Origin: Balanoglossus misakiensis
Taxonomy: Eukaryota; Animalia; Hemichordata
Assembly: GCA_040954595.2 (NCBI GenBank)
Contig: CM082588.2
Coordinates: forward strand, 1,293,935-1,357,934
Direction: 5' to 3'
DNA length: 64,000 nucleotides
Shown here: positions 12,016-25,156 of the stretch, piece by piece
How the letters are laid out: each line of letters opens with the position of its first letter
How positions within the stretch are numbered: the first letter of the stretch is position 1
Made by a program: the position numbers and the translations under genes
Notes under the pieces: model-generated
Seen by the model: the letters and a program-made list of their open reading frames with translations, nothing else
What the model was told of the DNA's origin: nothing
Database searches by the model: none

Positions 12016-15000
12016 TTACATCTGGTCCAGTGGTTTAATTCCTAAAAGCCTCATTCCATTGGCCAATGTCTGCCGTGCACAGCTGAACAACAAAAGTCTT
12101 GCCTGAAAACAAAAGAAAAGTTTTTTGTACTTTAATGAATTTGAAATTCAAGTAACTGTCCTGGAACATCCTATATTGTTCAGCTCAGCTTCTATTATCT
12201 ATATTCAGCTACATGACTGGAAAGCCCTCTGGCAATAACCCTCTGCAGATGAGAATCTATCTGATCTCTACAGACCTCAGCTTGCAAGTCCTTACCTGGG
12301 CTACATTTGTCGGACTGCCTTTCACCAAAAGTGTGCTGTGAGCTGTTGATGCTAGTTGACTGAAAAGAAAGAAAATATAAAGTTTGAATGGTTCAGACCC
12401 CTTTTCCTGATCAGATGATCAATACAATAAAACTTGTGCATGGTTAGATTTTATAGTACAGTAAATTCCAGTCACCTTAGTTTGAAGAGAAATCCTACAA
12501 TATTCTTGGACTGCAGTTCTTCATGTGCTGCAAACACTGCGTCCTCAAATGCTGCTATATGTTGTGTTAGGTGGACTGCTTCTGGTTCAGTCAACTGGGA
12601 AGTGTCACACTCTGGGTCCAATGAAACACCACACAACTTTTCAATACTTTGGAGAAATCACAGAAGACAGAAGACAGTTTACAAGGTACAGATGTAGCAA
12701 CGCTGTTGAAGATTCACGTTTGATATAATTTTTATAAGTTTTATTTTCTGTTCGTACCCCAAGGTTTGTCTGCATCTGACACATCTCTAAACTTCACCAT
12801 GGTAACTCAACTCTGGAGTGACCATGTACTCACCTATGCAACCTTGCATGTGTATACTGCAAATAAACTCCAGTGTCTCCATAACTCTGCAAAACTCTAT
12901 CCCAATCGAACTTATAGTCAGACTCCAAATTATTCTTCAAGTCATGGATTATAATTGCACTGTGTCCCAGTCTCTCTGCCACTTCTTCTACATTCTCAAC
13001 TTTGGTTGCTAAGGAAAGAGAGGAAAAATGATGAGAATACTTTGCAAGGCATACAGACGGTATTTTATTCAAAATTTAAAAGAATGTATGAAATATCTTA
13101 CTGTGAGTTTTCCTCATATTTTGCAGCATTCTGGATTTTGCTTCATCAAGGATATCTTGTAAAAGCACCACTTCACCTTTTCTGGTACTCATGCCCAGTA
13201 CCTTACCAAATTTTACATGATGGCAACTGCAAAACATATGACAAATCATTAACAAATACATTTATCAACGAAAACTACAACAGTTCCAGAAAATGGTCTA
13301 CCCGTATATTCTGAGCTACAGCTGAAGTGATTGTAACATGTTTGTTGCAAATTACCTGTCAGCCCAAGCATGTCCCATTGTCTTCAAAGTCCCAAACATC
13401 TGCTTGAAATGAGAAGTTTGGCTTTTGTCAACAACATAGTACATTCTGTCAAAGTGATAGTTGTCATGGCGTTCAATGGCTGCCGCTATGTCCCGAGTCA
13501 CGTAGAGTGTTGTACCATCACTCCTCATCAATGTGCTGTAAAAGTTCATCGGGTGCTCGGGAGAAAGATCAACAACCCCTGTGCCTTTTCTGAGAAGAAT
13601 ACAGAGAATGTACCACATCATCATACAAGTAAAGCTCAGTTGCAAAGCTCAGTCAGAACCCCAGTATTTGCTGCATTCGCCACTGAGTAGAGATTAAACT
13701 TACTCTGTTATTTTCATGAGTCCACTCGTTCTGAGCTGTTGAATGACTTCTAGTGCTTTCTCTCCATACATAGATTCTCCAGAGTAAACATCGAAACCAA
13801 CTCCTAATCTCTGACAAAAAAAAAAGATATAAAACGTCTGATGTGAACAACATATCACTTCGTGGCCAACATAGCACTGAGCGTAATGAAAAAGACTTCG
13901 ATTAAAAATGTGTGGAGGGAGATGCAAAGCACTTGCACACATATTATGAACAAACACTTCTGCACGCTCTTGTGAATGTAACTTACCCCATATATCTTGG
14001 AGTACTCTTCGATGCTCAGCTTTCGAAACCTCTTCCATATCGAAAGTGCTGTATCATCACCTACAGTTAACAAACACAAAGATCATATGTACAGCAGTTT
14101 TCAATTTATACATACACACACACTGGTATTTTTCAGTGATGTTACCACTAGAAACAATCATAATATATTCAAAACATTTTGCATAACAAACTGTCATTCT
14201 ACCTTCTTCCATTCTCCTGAAGAACTCCCTGGCTTGGTCATGAATTGTCTCATCCTTGTCAGCTTCTGCATGTATTCTGACGTACACATCAAACAGATGC
14301 TGAATTGCGTTCTGGGATAGAGCCGTTTCTGAACCATACTTGGAAAAACCAACCCCTAACAGTCCTAAAGACAAAACAAAACTATGATTATTGTTGTGAG
14401 TTTATGGTGGAAAGGGTTAAATCAACTGGTAAGAAATATGAGGGAAGACACTTTACAATTACTCACCAAATTGTACACCCCAGTCTCCAAGGTAATTCAT
14501 TCTGATGACATCATGTCCTAGTGCGCTATTCAAATTAGCCAAGAAGTGTCCAATCACTGTGGACCTCAAATGTCCAGCATGGAAAGGTTTAGCAATATTT
14601 GGAGAGCTGTGGAACAGAGGATAGGGATGGATGCAGAAAGTAAAGTCAAGGGTGACTTTGTGTGTGGTAGAAGAAACTGCATGTTGATCACATAAGCTGT
14701 CTTGATGGTACAGTAAATGAGTATATGACCTTCATACAAAGATGATTCATGCATTTACCTGTATTCTATGATAACTTTCTGTCTTGGGCCGGAGATCAGT
14801 TCACTTTTCAAGCCAAAGGTGCTCTTCTCTTTGGATACTTGTTGAAGGACATTCTGTGGTTGGAATATAAGTTATCCAGTTTTCAATTCCAACCTCAATT
14901 TTTGATTCAGTGTTTGCCACAATCATGATTTCCCAGCTTGTTCTTCACTCATCAATCAGCCAATTATAATCAATGATATACTCGTGTTAGGATTCCATTG

Positions 15001-15830
15001 AATTTCCTTACCTGGACCAGCATTGGCTGATTCACTCTGAAGTGGAGGACAGATCGGTCTGACTTCACATTTTGTATATGGTTATCACAAGTGATCTACA
15101 GAGGAAAACATAAAAGGCTCTTGTAACCATAGACAGTAGACAGTCTTTAGTGTAACAGACATAAATTTTTAATATAACCCATTGTTTTTGACAGCGTGAA
15201 CCCGATTGATTACAGCAACCACTAGACTGCACACTTCATCCTACCTGTTTTGACAGTTTCTCAGCTATGTTCTGCAGCGATTGCTTGTCTGTCTCTGCAA
15301 GATAGCCTTTCCTGGATAAATTTTTCAGCGAAACACTAAAATGAATATTTGGATCCCTGAATAAGAAAGTTCACAATGGTTACTATGTGGACATTTATCA
15401 CCACCTGGATATTTCTCACCAACCAATCACTGAATGTCCAGGGGGTAATTAAGTGTCCATAATCACAGGCTTACTTTTTCTTTGTTACATTTGCAACCTT
15501 CACCATGGAAACCAACTCATCTTCTGAAGCACCTACCACCCTTGCTATCTGTAAGGATAAACAATTTTACAAATCAAAGCACATTTCATGAGAGTGATGC
15601 AGGCAAGTGTGATCCACAGTGTATATACAACATTTGGCAAGAAGTCACCACCCGCGGGAGTCACGTACATCTTTCAATGGGAGTACCCTCCCCCCCCCCC
15701 CCCCCCCCTCCCATCACAAGGGGGCGGGGTCGATCACGCACAGGCCATCAACATGATCAAAAAAGAATGGTTGACTGGTATAAAGATATCTTACCTGCTT
15801 AGCTATTGCACAACGAAATATATGTGTCAT
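12016..15830 (-). CDS. RARS2: Mitochondrial arginyl-tRNA synthetase, multi-exon
   Basis: Start exon [12 protein letters not shown] (15795-15830) resembles the vertebrate RARS2 N-terminus. Exon 14467-14606 encodes [19 protein letters not shown] (HIGH motif) and NYLGDWG. Also [33 protein letters not shown]; C-terminus [10 protein letters not shown] with TAA at 12016-12018. Confidence 0.93.
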
Positions 15831-16013
15831 CTTTCTCTCACCAAAAGGCGTCAGTAAGCATGGCAACCAATATTGACTCCACGGTCAGTGTATCATGGCA
15901 AACGCAAGGTCAATTTCCCGTTTGGAGTTTCTGTTCTGGGACTAAAAATTAAACAATCCAAGGCGTCCCATGAACCGATTCTATTTTATGCGGCGTCCTG
16001 CAAAGACACTCAC

Positions 16014-16185
16014 CATCTGCATTTACGAAGATCACTTCACGAATCGTGAAACAACCAGAATTTGGGGAAAATCAAAGCATCGCTTATCCAAACAGTGCAA
16101 TACCACATGTGTCCGTTTAGTGGGCATGCGTCAGCCAAAAATCGGGGAAACCCTGTGACGTCATGAGGCATTCCCAAGATGGCGG
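16014..16185. promoter_or_regulatory. Putative bidirectional promoter between RARS2 and the VWA-Cache gene
   Basis: Head-to-head genes whose start codons are ~350 bp apart. Perfect CRE TGACGTCA at 16156-16163, TTCCCAAGATGGCGG (ZNF143/YY1-like) overlapping the ATG at 16179, and a minus-strand donor GTGAGT at ~16013 that would close a non-coding RARS2 exon. Confidence 0.6.
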
Positions 16186-16739
16186 TCGTCGGCGAAAGTG
16201 GGATGCTGCTCAGGTTCTTACTGTGTTTCTCGCTAGTACACGATTTTCTGCTCATTTCGTGCGAAGATCTTACACGAGAGGAAGGGAACAATCTTTGGGA
16301 ATCTCATTACAGGGGATCAAACCACAAGCCAGCTTTTCAAGAGGTGAGATCGCGCTTTGGGCGGGTCGGCAACTGTAAACAGCTGACTAGGGCATTGTCT
16401 ATTGGCCTGTCCGATCGCTGCTTTCGTGTCCAAACCAAACAATCTACTGGGAAATTAGGTTAAAGGTTCAAGTGCTATGGTATGCCCAAGCTTAAGAATA
16501 AATTGATACGGAAATTGGCACGTTTCTCCAGGAGATCGGCGGATTTGTTGGTCGAGGGTAGCCATGGGAGGGGAGGGGCGCGGCAGTGACTAAGAAGGGG
16601 GTATAGTCGTAGGGTGGGGGAGGACAGATTTCATGCCATTATTGCATCAACATGCATCATACAAGACAAGTGAATCATTTGCTTTCAGTTTCAGCATGCC
16701 ATTTGGCATGTTTGCGTGTGTATCTAAAAATATATTGAG

Positions 16740-16828
<89 letters not shown>

Positions 16829-19800
16829 GTTTCCTTTTTCTCTCTCCAGGTTTTATATACACATTCCGAAGAAAATAACCTTGATTTTAAAAAAGAGAGC
16901 AGTTTTTATGAAGTCTCAAGGCAAAGACGAGCAGTCACGAGTGCCAGAGAGTTGAAATCATCAGTAGAAGATACGATAGCAAATGTAGCAAATCAAATAG
17001 AAAATGATTATGCGGTAAGTTTGTCATGTCAAATCTTTAAAAATTAACACCCAAGGTCTTCTTCACAAATCCCTGTTTCCCAAGGTCCTTGTTTGACTGC
17101 AAAATATAGTAGCCTATTAGAATACAATCGAATGAATAAAAGTACGACACAACAAAGCCATCCTTTTTCAGATATCTATATTTAGAAATGTTGACAGTTA
17201 TAATACTGGTGGTTACATGTACCACTAGGTTCATTCTCCACTCTGCAATGGCAAAAATAATTAGGTCGATATCAGACTGTGGATTGTGGGCTCATTACCC
17301 AGCCCCAGACAGTGATGTTGTGCCTTTGAGTTCTTTACTTCTCATTGCTTCTTTTGTACCCAGGAATGGTGGGTACCTCATCCTGTAATTGGGATTTTGG
17401 CCGTTGGATGACTGATAGAATAAACCAAATAAATGTGTCAAGTTATATATACTCTTAGTCAACAGTCCCTTTATAACCACTCCTGAGTGTATGTTGATTG
17501 GTGTGTATTTTTTTCCAGATCGCCTTATATGGATCAACATGTTCGTCTCCAGTACTTGTCTACAATAGTTGCCAAGTCAACATCCCTGACCTGAAAACAG
17601 ATGACCGTTACAGTGTTCCTGTTTCCTTGACAACGTCTAGTGTCCATTTCAGCAGTGAAGCCCAGCAATTGAGCTATGGAAATAAAGAAGGTGATCCATT
17701 GTATAAGGTACATGGTGAAATATAATCTTCTGTGTCAAATTCCGTCATGCTGCTTTACTAATTAAGGCTGATTGCAATTAAATTTAATGTACCATATCCT
17801 TAATAGTTTGCATTGACTGTTTGATTATATCACCCCCTGGGGAATTGAAGACAAAAACTAGTTGATATGCAAAATAAAATGACGGTAAATGTACAAATGT
17901 ATCAGAAAAATAAGGCTACGTGTGTTTACACAGATCCTGATGAATTCCCTGTGCGTGTCAGACGGAGTTGTGCCACTGTGGAAAAATAACATGGAACAGG
18001 ATGGAGTCACTTTGAAATGGCAAGGGTTTGTGGACAGCAGTACGGGTTATTCCAGAATTTATCCCGGAGTGAATGGAACCGCTGAACAGTGCCAGGATGA
18101 CTATGATCCCAGGCATCAGTCAGTAAGTCATTACCCTTTCATCAACATGGTTCAGTCCAAACCCATTGTTTTCTATGGTAAGGATGGACCTCTAAAGAGG
18201 GAACTGGGGGAGAAAGGGCTAATAATCCAATCCTGCCTGTGTACAACCTGCCCCAGCAATATTGTATGTCTGATGACCTAACCTTCATTCTTTCTGTGCC
18301 TGACTGTGAATTGAGAAATTTCTGCTGTAATTTGTGATAATTTTGCCAAATTTTGCACTGTCTGTCAGTATATGTCAGTGTGTGTGGACTTGTGTGCTAT
18401 GAAATCTTGGTATGAAAGGAGGTTTTGACAGAGTATGAAATATGCTGGTTCATACAAAAACAGGATTTTATGCCTTTCTTTCTACCTTCAAGTAGGCCTC
18501 TTTGGCTTATGAGCAACACTACGCCCCAGCAGAATACGTGTGTGTTCATTGTACAAAGTTTGATGACACAAAAGGAAATGCCAGTTCCGCACAAAACAGG
18601 AAAGGAGAAACAGGAAGCCATGCTTATCTCCATTACTGCACCTGTCAATATTATTTAGTGGCTTCATTCTCTCATTCTTTGTGTCCTTGCAGTGGTACGT
18701 AGGCATGGTTTCCCCTCCCAAGGACGTCGCCATAGTGATCGATGTAACCAAGGAGACCAACATGGAATTGATGAAGGAGGCTGCTCATGCTGCTATCAAT
18801 ACACTTTCAAAGAGTGATTACGGGGAAATTTTCTTTTCATCTGGTCTAGACTCTGAATCTATCAGCGAAAGCACCTTCAAAAAGGTTAGTTTTCAGTTAC
18901 ATTTTCGTGAAGCTGGCTCGAAAGATAACTTTTGAATAAGATTATGGGTCACTGGAGGGTCTGCGTGCAAAAGGTCAATTGCTTGGGTAAAAAGTATACT
19001 TTTCAGTTTTGTGTTTTTGCACACAGGCTGTGACTCAACAAAGACAGGAATGGCACACTGAAATTGATGGCCTCCAGACTACATCCGAAAACTCTTCCCT
19101 CGGTGAAGTGGTTACCAAGGCAATGGTGGATTTGAAATCGCATATGGAGGAACGAGAGACTGAGGCTCCTGGGAGCTGTGTTCGTGTCTTGCTTGTTCTG
19201 ACAGATCGCCGTCTGAATGTGGATGTTCTGCATGATATCACCAATGGAAACGATGATGAGGTCGACGTGCGAGTGTTCATGTACACTGTAGGCGAATTTG
19301 CAGATGATCCAGTCGCAAAACAGGTAAACAAATGGATTTGTGAAACATACATATATTGACTTGCCACAAGGGCAATAGCATATGTCTATTGCCATTCAGA
19401 ATTGTGTTGTTAAATGTTCATGTTAAACATCCAACTGGAGACTGTCATTTTTGTGAGCCCATGTTTCAAAGTTTGGAAACTTTGTTAGAGTAAGACTTGA
19501 ATGTATCCTCAACTTTCAGATTTCCTGTGATAACAAGGGAGCCTGGTTTATGCTGCAAAACACCTCAGATATCCATCAAATCGGCCGATATTATCAGCTA
19601 TTAGCTCCATCAGAGCATTTGCCTCAAGTTCTATGGAGTGAGGTCCATCAGTTTAGGTAAATATACTGATTTTTCTACTTTGTATTCCGATATTTAGTCT
19701 TGTGTAAGAGACTTCCAATGCATTGTCCAGTACAGGGGGGAAGTACACTAATTATTGACTGTCATGTTTTGATTTGTAGATATGAAAATGTGGCTGGAGT

Positions 19801-22800
19801 CACTGGTTGTCTGCCAGCAACAAACAGTTCCAACACTATTCTGGATAACATAGGCATAACTTGTGTGTTCTTGGAAGAGACAACATTTTTGGAATTTGAC
19901 AATGGAACTCAGGTATGGAGGAAAAATCATTCCTTTAAAAATGTGCATGTTTTTATTGTCCTTGGCCACTTAGAGTGGTGATTTGATTTTTGAAATTCTC
20001 ACATTGCAACTTTGGCTATTTAGGTGTTGACAGAGATGGCAACTTCTGCCCGAACGAATTGTCCTGTCCGACTCTTTACGGAGTATGACCTTCTGGATCT
20101 GAGACCAGAGAATTCCCAGTGCAACCGACCAATCAGCAGGACGGCTCAAGAACTCAGAAGCTTTGCAGAAAATGCTGTCGAAGTGGCTGTTCAGAAAGCA
20201 GAAATCAACTACCAAGTAAGTTACCATGGAAACATGAGACTGGTGCTGCTTTACTGATCGGTATTCTGGACAAGTTTTAGCCGCACTTTTCACTTTCTAC
20301 CATTTTAAGATTGTGTTTTTTTTAATACTTTCTTGCAGATTGCTTTGGTGTCTGGACAGTGTTTCTTCATGAGAGATTTCCATGACACATGCAGATATCC
20401 CCCTGGAGACTTAGATTACGACAAATTATTTGGCAGGGAGATCTCCATGGCGACAGCAACCACTCACTTGACCTGGGACATGGAGCAGATGCTTTCCGAA
20501 GATGCATCTTTGGAGGACTTTAAATCAATGAAGGTAATACAGAAAGAATCTCTATGTGCATGCCCATTTCTCTGCAAAATATTTGTCAACTTAAAGGCCG
20601 ACGATCATCTTTTCACATGTGCATAATTTCTTGTGTACAAACATTACATCCAATCCAAATGTTTGCATTCATGTTTATCAGGGGCTTTACTCGGCTCTGT
20701 GTATGTCTGAAAGTTTAGACAGTCACTGGCAGGCATTTGCTGGTGAGAATTTGGACATCAAGTGGCAATTTTACGGAGATCAGCACGATCGATTTATCAG
20801 GATCTATCCGGGAATAGAAGATACCAGTGAAGAATGTTCCATGAAGGGTTCGGAAGCACCTTTTCGAACAGTAAGAATACTTCTTTCCAGATTTCATCTG
20901 TAATTCTCTGATTGAGAACTGTTTGCTGAAAAAGTCTTTCTAGTTATTTGTCTGAACACTAGGAGATGCAGTTTGTGAGATACACAGATTGAAACTCAAT
21001 TGTTCATCATGATGTTCATCTTGTTTCCCAGTGGTTTCCAAGTGCTGCATCCAGTCCAAAAGACGTCATCATCATCATGGATGCTAATCATGAAGAGCAG
21101 TTACAGTTGCTACAGGAGACGGCCGCCAGCATGATCAACACGCTTACCCGCTACGACTTCGCAAACATCATCAGCAACGGTCAAGAGTTGTACCGAGGGA
21201 TGGTAAAAACCAGCAAAGAACAGAGAGATGAAATGACTGACTTTGCCAGGAACTTGAATATCTCATACGGTCGAGACGTGCTAGGCTCGTTTCAGAAGGC
21301 CACAGCATTGTGGGTAGCCGGGAAAAATAGCGGTAACGCGTCGCTATGCGTGGAGGCCATCTTGTTTGTGACGGATTCTGTACTGCCTGATCAGTACTTA
21401 ACCGCCATCAAGGAAATCCTGAAGGATCTTGATGGCTTCCGTGTGTTCACATACAGTGTAGGTCCACTGGCCGATCAGACAAATTCATGGCAGTTAGCTT
21501 GTAAAACGATGGGTGTTTGGGTGAACATCGACAATCCGTATGATATCTGGAACAAAGTCAGTGATTATTATAATTATTTCAGTAGCAACGAGCAGACTTC
21601 GATAGTCATTTGGTCTGATGTCTATGAAGACAGGTAAGCAGTACATACATATCAATTCCCAGGATATTTTCCTTGCCAAGCCATCATGTGGTTATTTCAT
21701 TATATTTTTCCCCTTTTCTTCTTTTCAACCCAAGGTACGGACTTGGCAACGTCCTGTCTGGTTGTCTTCCAGTCTATGACACACAGAGCACACACATGGC
21801 TCTATTGGGGGTCCTCTGTATTGACATTCTGGAGCAGACCTTGAAAAGTTTCCCTGATTGGAAAGAAGTAAGTACTCTTGGTCTTGTCAACGTATACACA
21901 TCAGTCATATTGGGACTCCACATGCAAAGTTTTGTACTACTAGTATAAAGAATGCCATAGGTTCTGGCAGTGGATGTGTGATCATAACTCCACTTTTCAA
22001 ATTTGTTGTCCCACCCCAGGTGTACCAGTCCATGATGGGCGGCAACAGGAGATGCCCGGCCATCCAGCTGGACGAGCCTGACATTGAAGATCTGCGAGAG
22101 GACGATGAAAAGTGCGACAGACACGCCATTACCACAGCCAAGCAGATGTATAGATACACTGAAGATGCACTGCGCAGACAGGCAGACTCAGCACAGACTA
22201 GTTACAGAAGTATCCTGGAGCCAGGGGTTACTTCTTGTCCATTTGGAGACAAGCTTACAGAAGTTTGTCCAACTGTGCCGGCAGAAAAGACAGTCAGACC
22301 TGACGTGGCCTACCCGGAGAAGGTTTTGTACCTTTCAACAGTGGTTCTGACCAGCGAAGACAGTGCAGAGATCGGAAATGACCTCAAACATCTAGATACA
22401 GACAGCCCTCTGTTTTCAGCACTGTGTCTCTCGCAGACTTTCACCGAAACTTGGAACACTTACTCCCAGGTGGCGTATCACTACTTCATTGGCTCTAGAG
22501 CCCTCGCCAGGTGTGCCAGGGTTTTCCCAGATGTTAGTTTTGGAAAGGACAGCAACTTCTGCGAGGATGGCCAAAGATCAGATGGAATCTTGAGAATCCA
22601 AAAAGAGGTGAGACTGGATGTTTCTGGTTAAAAAGGATAAACCTGTCATACTAAAATATAGGGTAGAAGCCAGTATTAAAAGCATTAATCTTTTGTAAGA
22701 GGTAGGAAATAGAAGACAAAAATCCAGTTTAATGTAGAGGAAGATTCATGTTCTGCAGAGTATATGTAACTGTGATAAATGTTCCTGTTTTTTCACAGAC

Positions 22801-25156
22801 TGACCTTAACTCAAGACTGAACCCAAAGGACGTGATGATAGTTGTTCAGAATCAGGAAGGATCCACACTAGAGCTCATGAAACAAGCTATATACACCATT
22901 GCAGATGATCTTGCCCCGACGGACAAGGTCGGCATGGTAACTGCTGGGGGTTACAGCCACCATGACAACCAGATGGAGTTCTTTACCTGGGATAGCGAGC
23001 AAAAGTTTCGTGACTTCATCGAGAGTATGGAATTCAGTAAACCTGTGAGGGATTTGGAAAGGACAGTGGAGGAAGGATTCACAGTATTGAAAACAAACAC
23101 ACAACACTGCTCGCCAGTAATGATAATTCTGACTGATGAGGCCATATATGACGATGACTTCACTGACCTTGTTTCTGAACTCAACACGAATTTTAATGCC
23201 ACTGTCCTTGTGTACCTGTTCGGAAAAGGAGCAGGTATTGACGAAACCAAGCGAATCGCCATGGAAACTGCCTGTGCCAATCGTGGAGCATGGGATACAG
23301 TGACTTCGCTGGATATAGTACATAGAGTTTCCAACTTTTCCAAATACTTGCCCAGGTATTAAGCAGACACTCAGCTTTTCATCATTTTATAATGCTGGGA
23401 TAGTCTATACTATAAATGGTTACGTCTTTACTCATAATTGTATCAATGCTACATGTGTGCACTGTTCGGTTGTTGACAATTTTCTGTCTCTTCTCTCACA
23501 CCACAGTGATTTAGCATCTATCCAATCACCAGTGTGGTTTGAGATGACCCATGACCTTTTGATACCAGACATCCAATCAGAGTTCATGGTTGCCTGCATG
23601 CCAGTAGTGGCTGATGGAATTCTCCAAGGCACTTTATGTGATTCAATTGCACAGGAGACCTTCACCTTATTTGATGACGGTCCAGAGGTAGGGGCAATTA
23701 ATACAGTTCAAACAGTAAGGATGTTTATTGTAAAGTAGTACTGAAATGATATTACTAAATGTAAAGTTGAATTGTGTGTCTACAGTTTACCTTCAAACAA
23801 AGGTATAAGTGAACAAGAATGTGTCACAGAGAAGAAAAAACCCTCCTTACTTTGACCTCATAGTGGTGATGATTTCTTGCCAGAAATTTAATGTGGAACC
23901 CATTTTCTCTTTCAGGTTCTTACTCAGCTTAAAAGATCCACCCACCAATGTCAGAGAGTAAACTTGACAGAGTCACAGCTGAGTGAACTCAGGAGAGGCG
24001 GTGCTCAGTGTGTACCTCCCAAACCGAGAGGTGAGTTGGGACAGACATCAGCTTTCATGTTTTTCTCTCAGAAGAATAAAAGCTGCAGATTTCAAGAATG
24101 AGTCCAGAAAAGAACCAGAAAAGAGAAGTGTGATTGACACAGATTTGTTGTCTTGATTTTTCCGACCAGGAATGGTACCAGGCACTATTGTCGGTATGGT
24201 CCTGGCTATCATGATAGGAATCAGTCTGTTGGTTGTCCTGGCGGTCATCGTGTACAAACACAGAATGCAAATTACTGCAAAATTCCCCGCAGCTTTAAGG
24301 TAATGTAAAACTGACATTCATGGAGACTTGGTATTTCAGCACTGTGTGAAAAGCTGCAGTATATATTACCAATTTGCAGAGGCCAAAGTGTTGAGTTTCA
24401 TGTATTAAATGCATAAGTATTGACTTGAACCATGTTGGTGAACAGGTTGAAGAGGCCTATGCAAAGCCTATGCTACCATATGTTAGGATAACTCATCTTA
24501 ATTCCTGAATACAGACCCTCAAAATCTGATAACTTGACTGAATGTTTCAGTATACGGATTAACATAATAAACCTCTTCACACGAAAGTTATGAAAATAAT
24601 GGCTGAAGAGAGTGACTTTGTCTGCTTATAATGTAATGGAGTGGCCAACCAGATTAACCATGTTTTTCATAATAAGCCTGTAAAGCAATGTCTTTAGCTT
24701 GGCACAAATGATCCATCATGTAGTGCTGGTCACTGTAGGAGCCACCATGTAAGGTAAAAATAGTTATATTAATGTAACAGAATCAACTTGTGACAATTTT
24801 GTAGATACTTTTGGTTCAATATGAAGGTTATTTATTCTCGTCTGCTCTTGGTGTAGTAATTATGCTTAGTTTTAGACTTTCTACATAAGCTTTCTCCCTC
24901 CATGCAGCGATCTCATCGTAGAATACTCTCTTAGACTAACCATAAAATTTCTCTTCATTTCCACCTGCACAAGCACAGGAGTTCATCCACCAGGATGAAC
25001 CGAGTTTGTTTCATGTTTTCTGTTTCGTTTCTGGTTCTGAACAGGCACGAACATGTACCTGCAGAAATAGTGATGGATGAAATAGATGCTGACTTACATG
25101 AAGCACTTCTCCCAACGGAAACAGAGACTATTATGTATTATGAGACTTCTCTTTAA
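16179..25156 (+). CDS. Type-I membrane protein with three tandem alpha2delta/CACHD1-like (VWA_N/Cache-VWA-Cache) modules; ~19 exons, ~1,490 aa
   Basis: Signal peptide (MLLRFLLCFSLVHDFLLISC) and furin-type RQRR in exon 2 (16850-17014). Three repeats marked by LKWQGF..RIYPG / IKWQFY..RIYPG / YHYF..RVFP, then SPPKDVAIVID / SSPKDVIIIMD / LNPKDVMIVVQ, then ISCDNKG / LACKTMG / TACANRG. TM exon ~24170-24299 (IVGMVLAIMIGISLLVVLAVIVY); last exon 25045-25156 ends YYETSL*. Confidence 0.85.
16741..16828 (+). repeat. (TCA)n microsatellite, ~29 units, in intron 1 of the VWA-Cache gene
   Basis: Perfect trinucleotide run ending ~21 nt before the acceptor at 16849. Confidence 0.98.
18130..18222 (+). mobile_element. 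~93-bp piggyBac-type MITE (family A), degenerate copy
   Basis: TTACCCTTTC...GAAAGGGCTAA termini; internal sequence matches the copies at 62921-63013 and (inverted) 58053-58147. Confidence 0.75.

Noticed and set aside
16633-16878. Poly-Ser and poly-Asp ORFs
   Set aside because: Produced by the intronic (TCA)n microsatellite.
17794-17802. ATATCCTT as another U12 donor
   Set aside because: It lies mid-intron, and the flanking exons already join through GT-AG.
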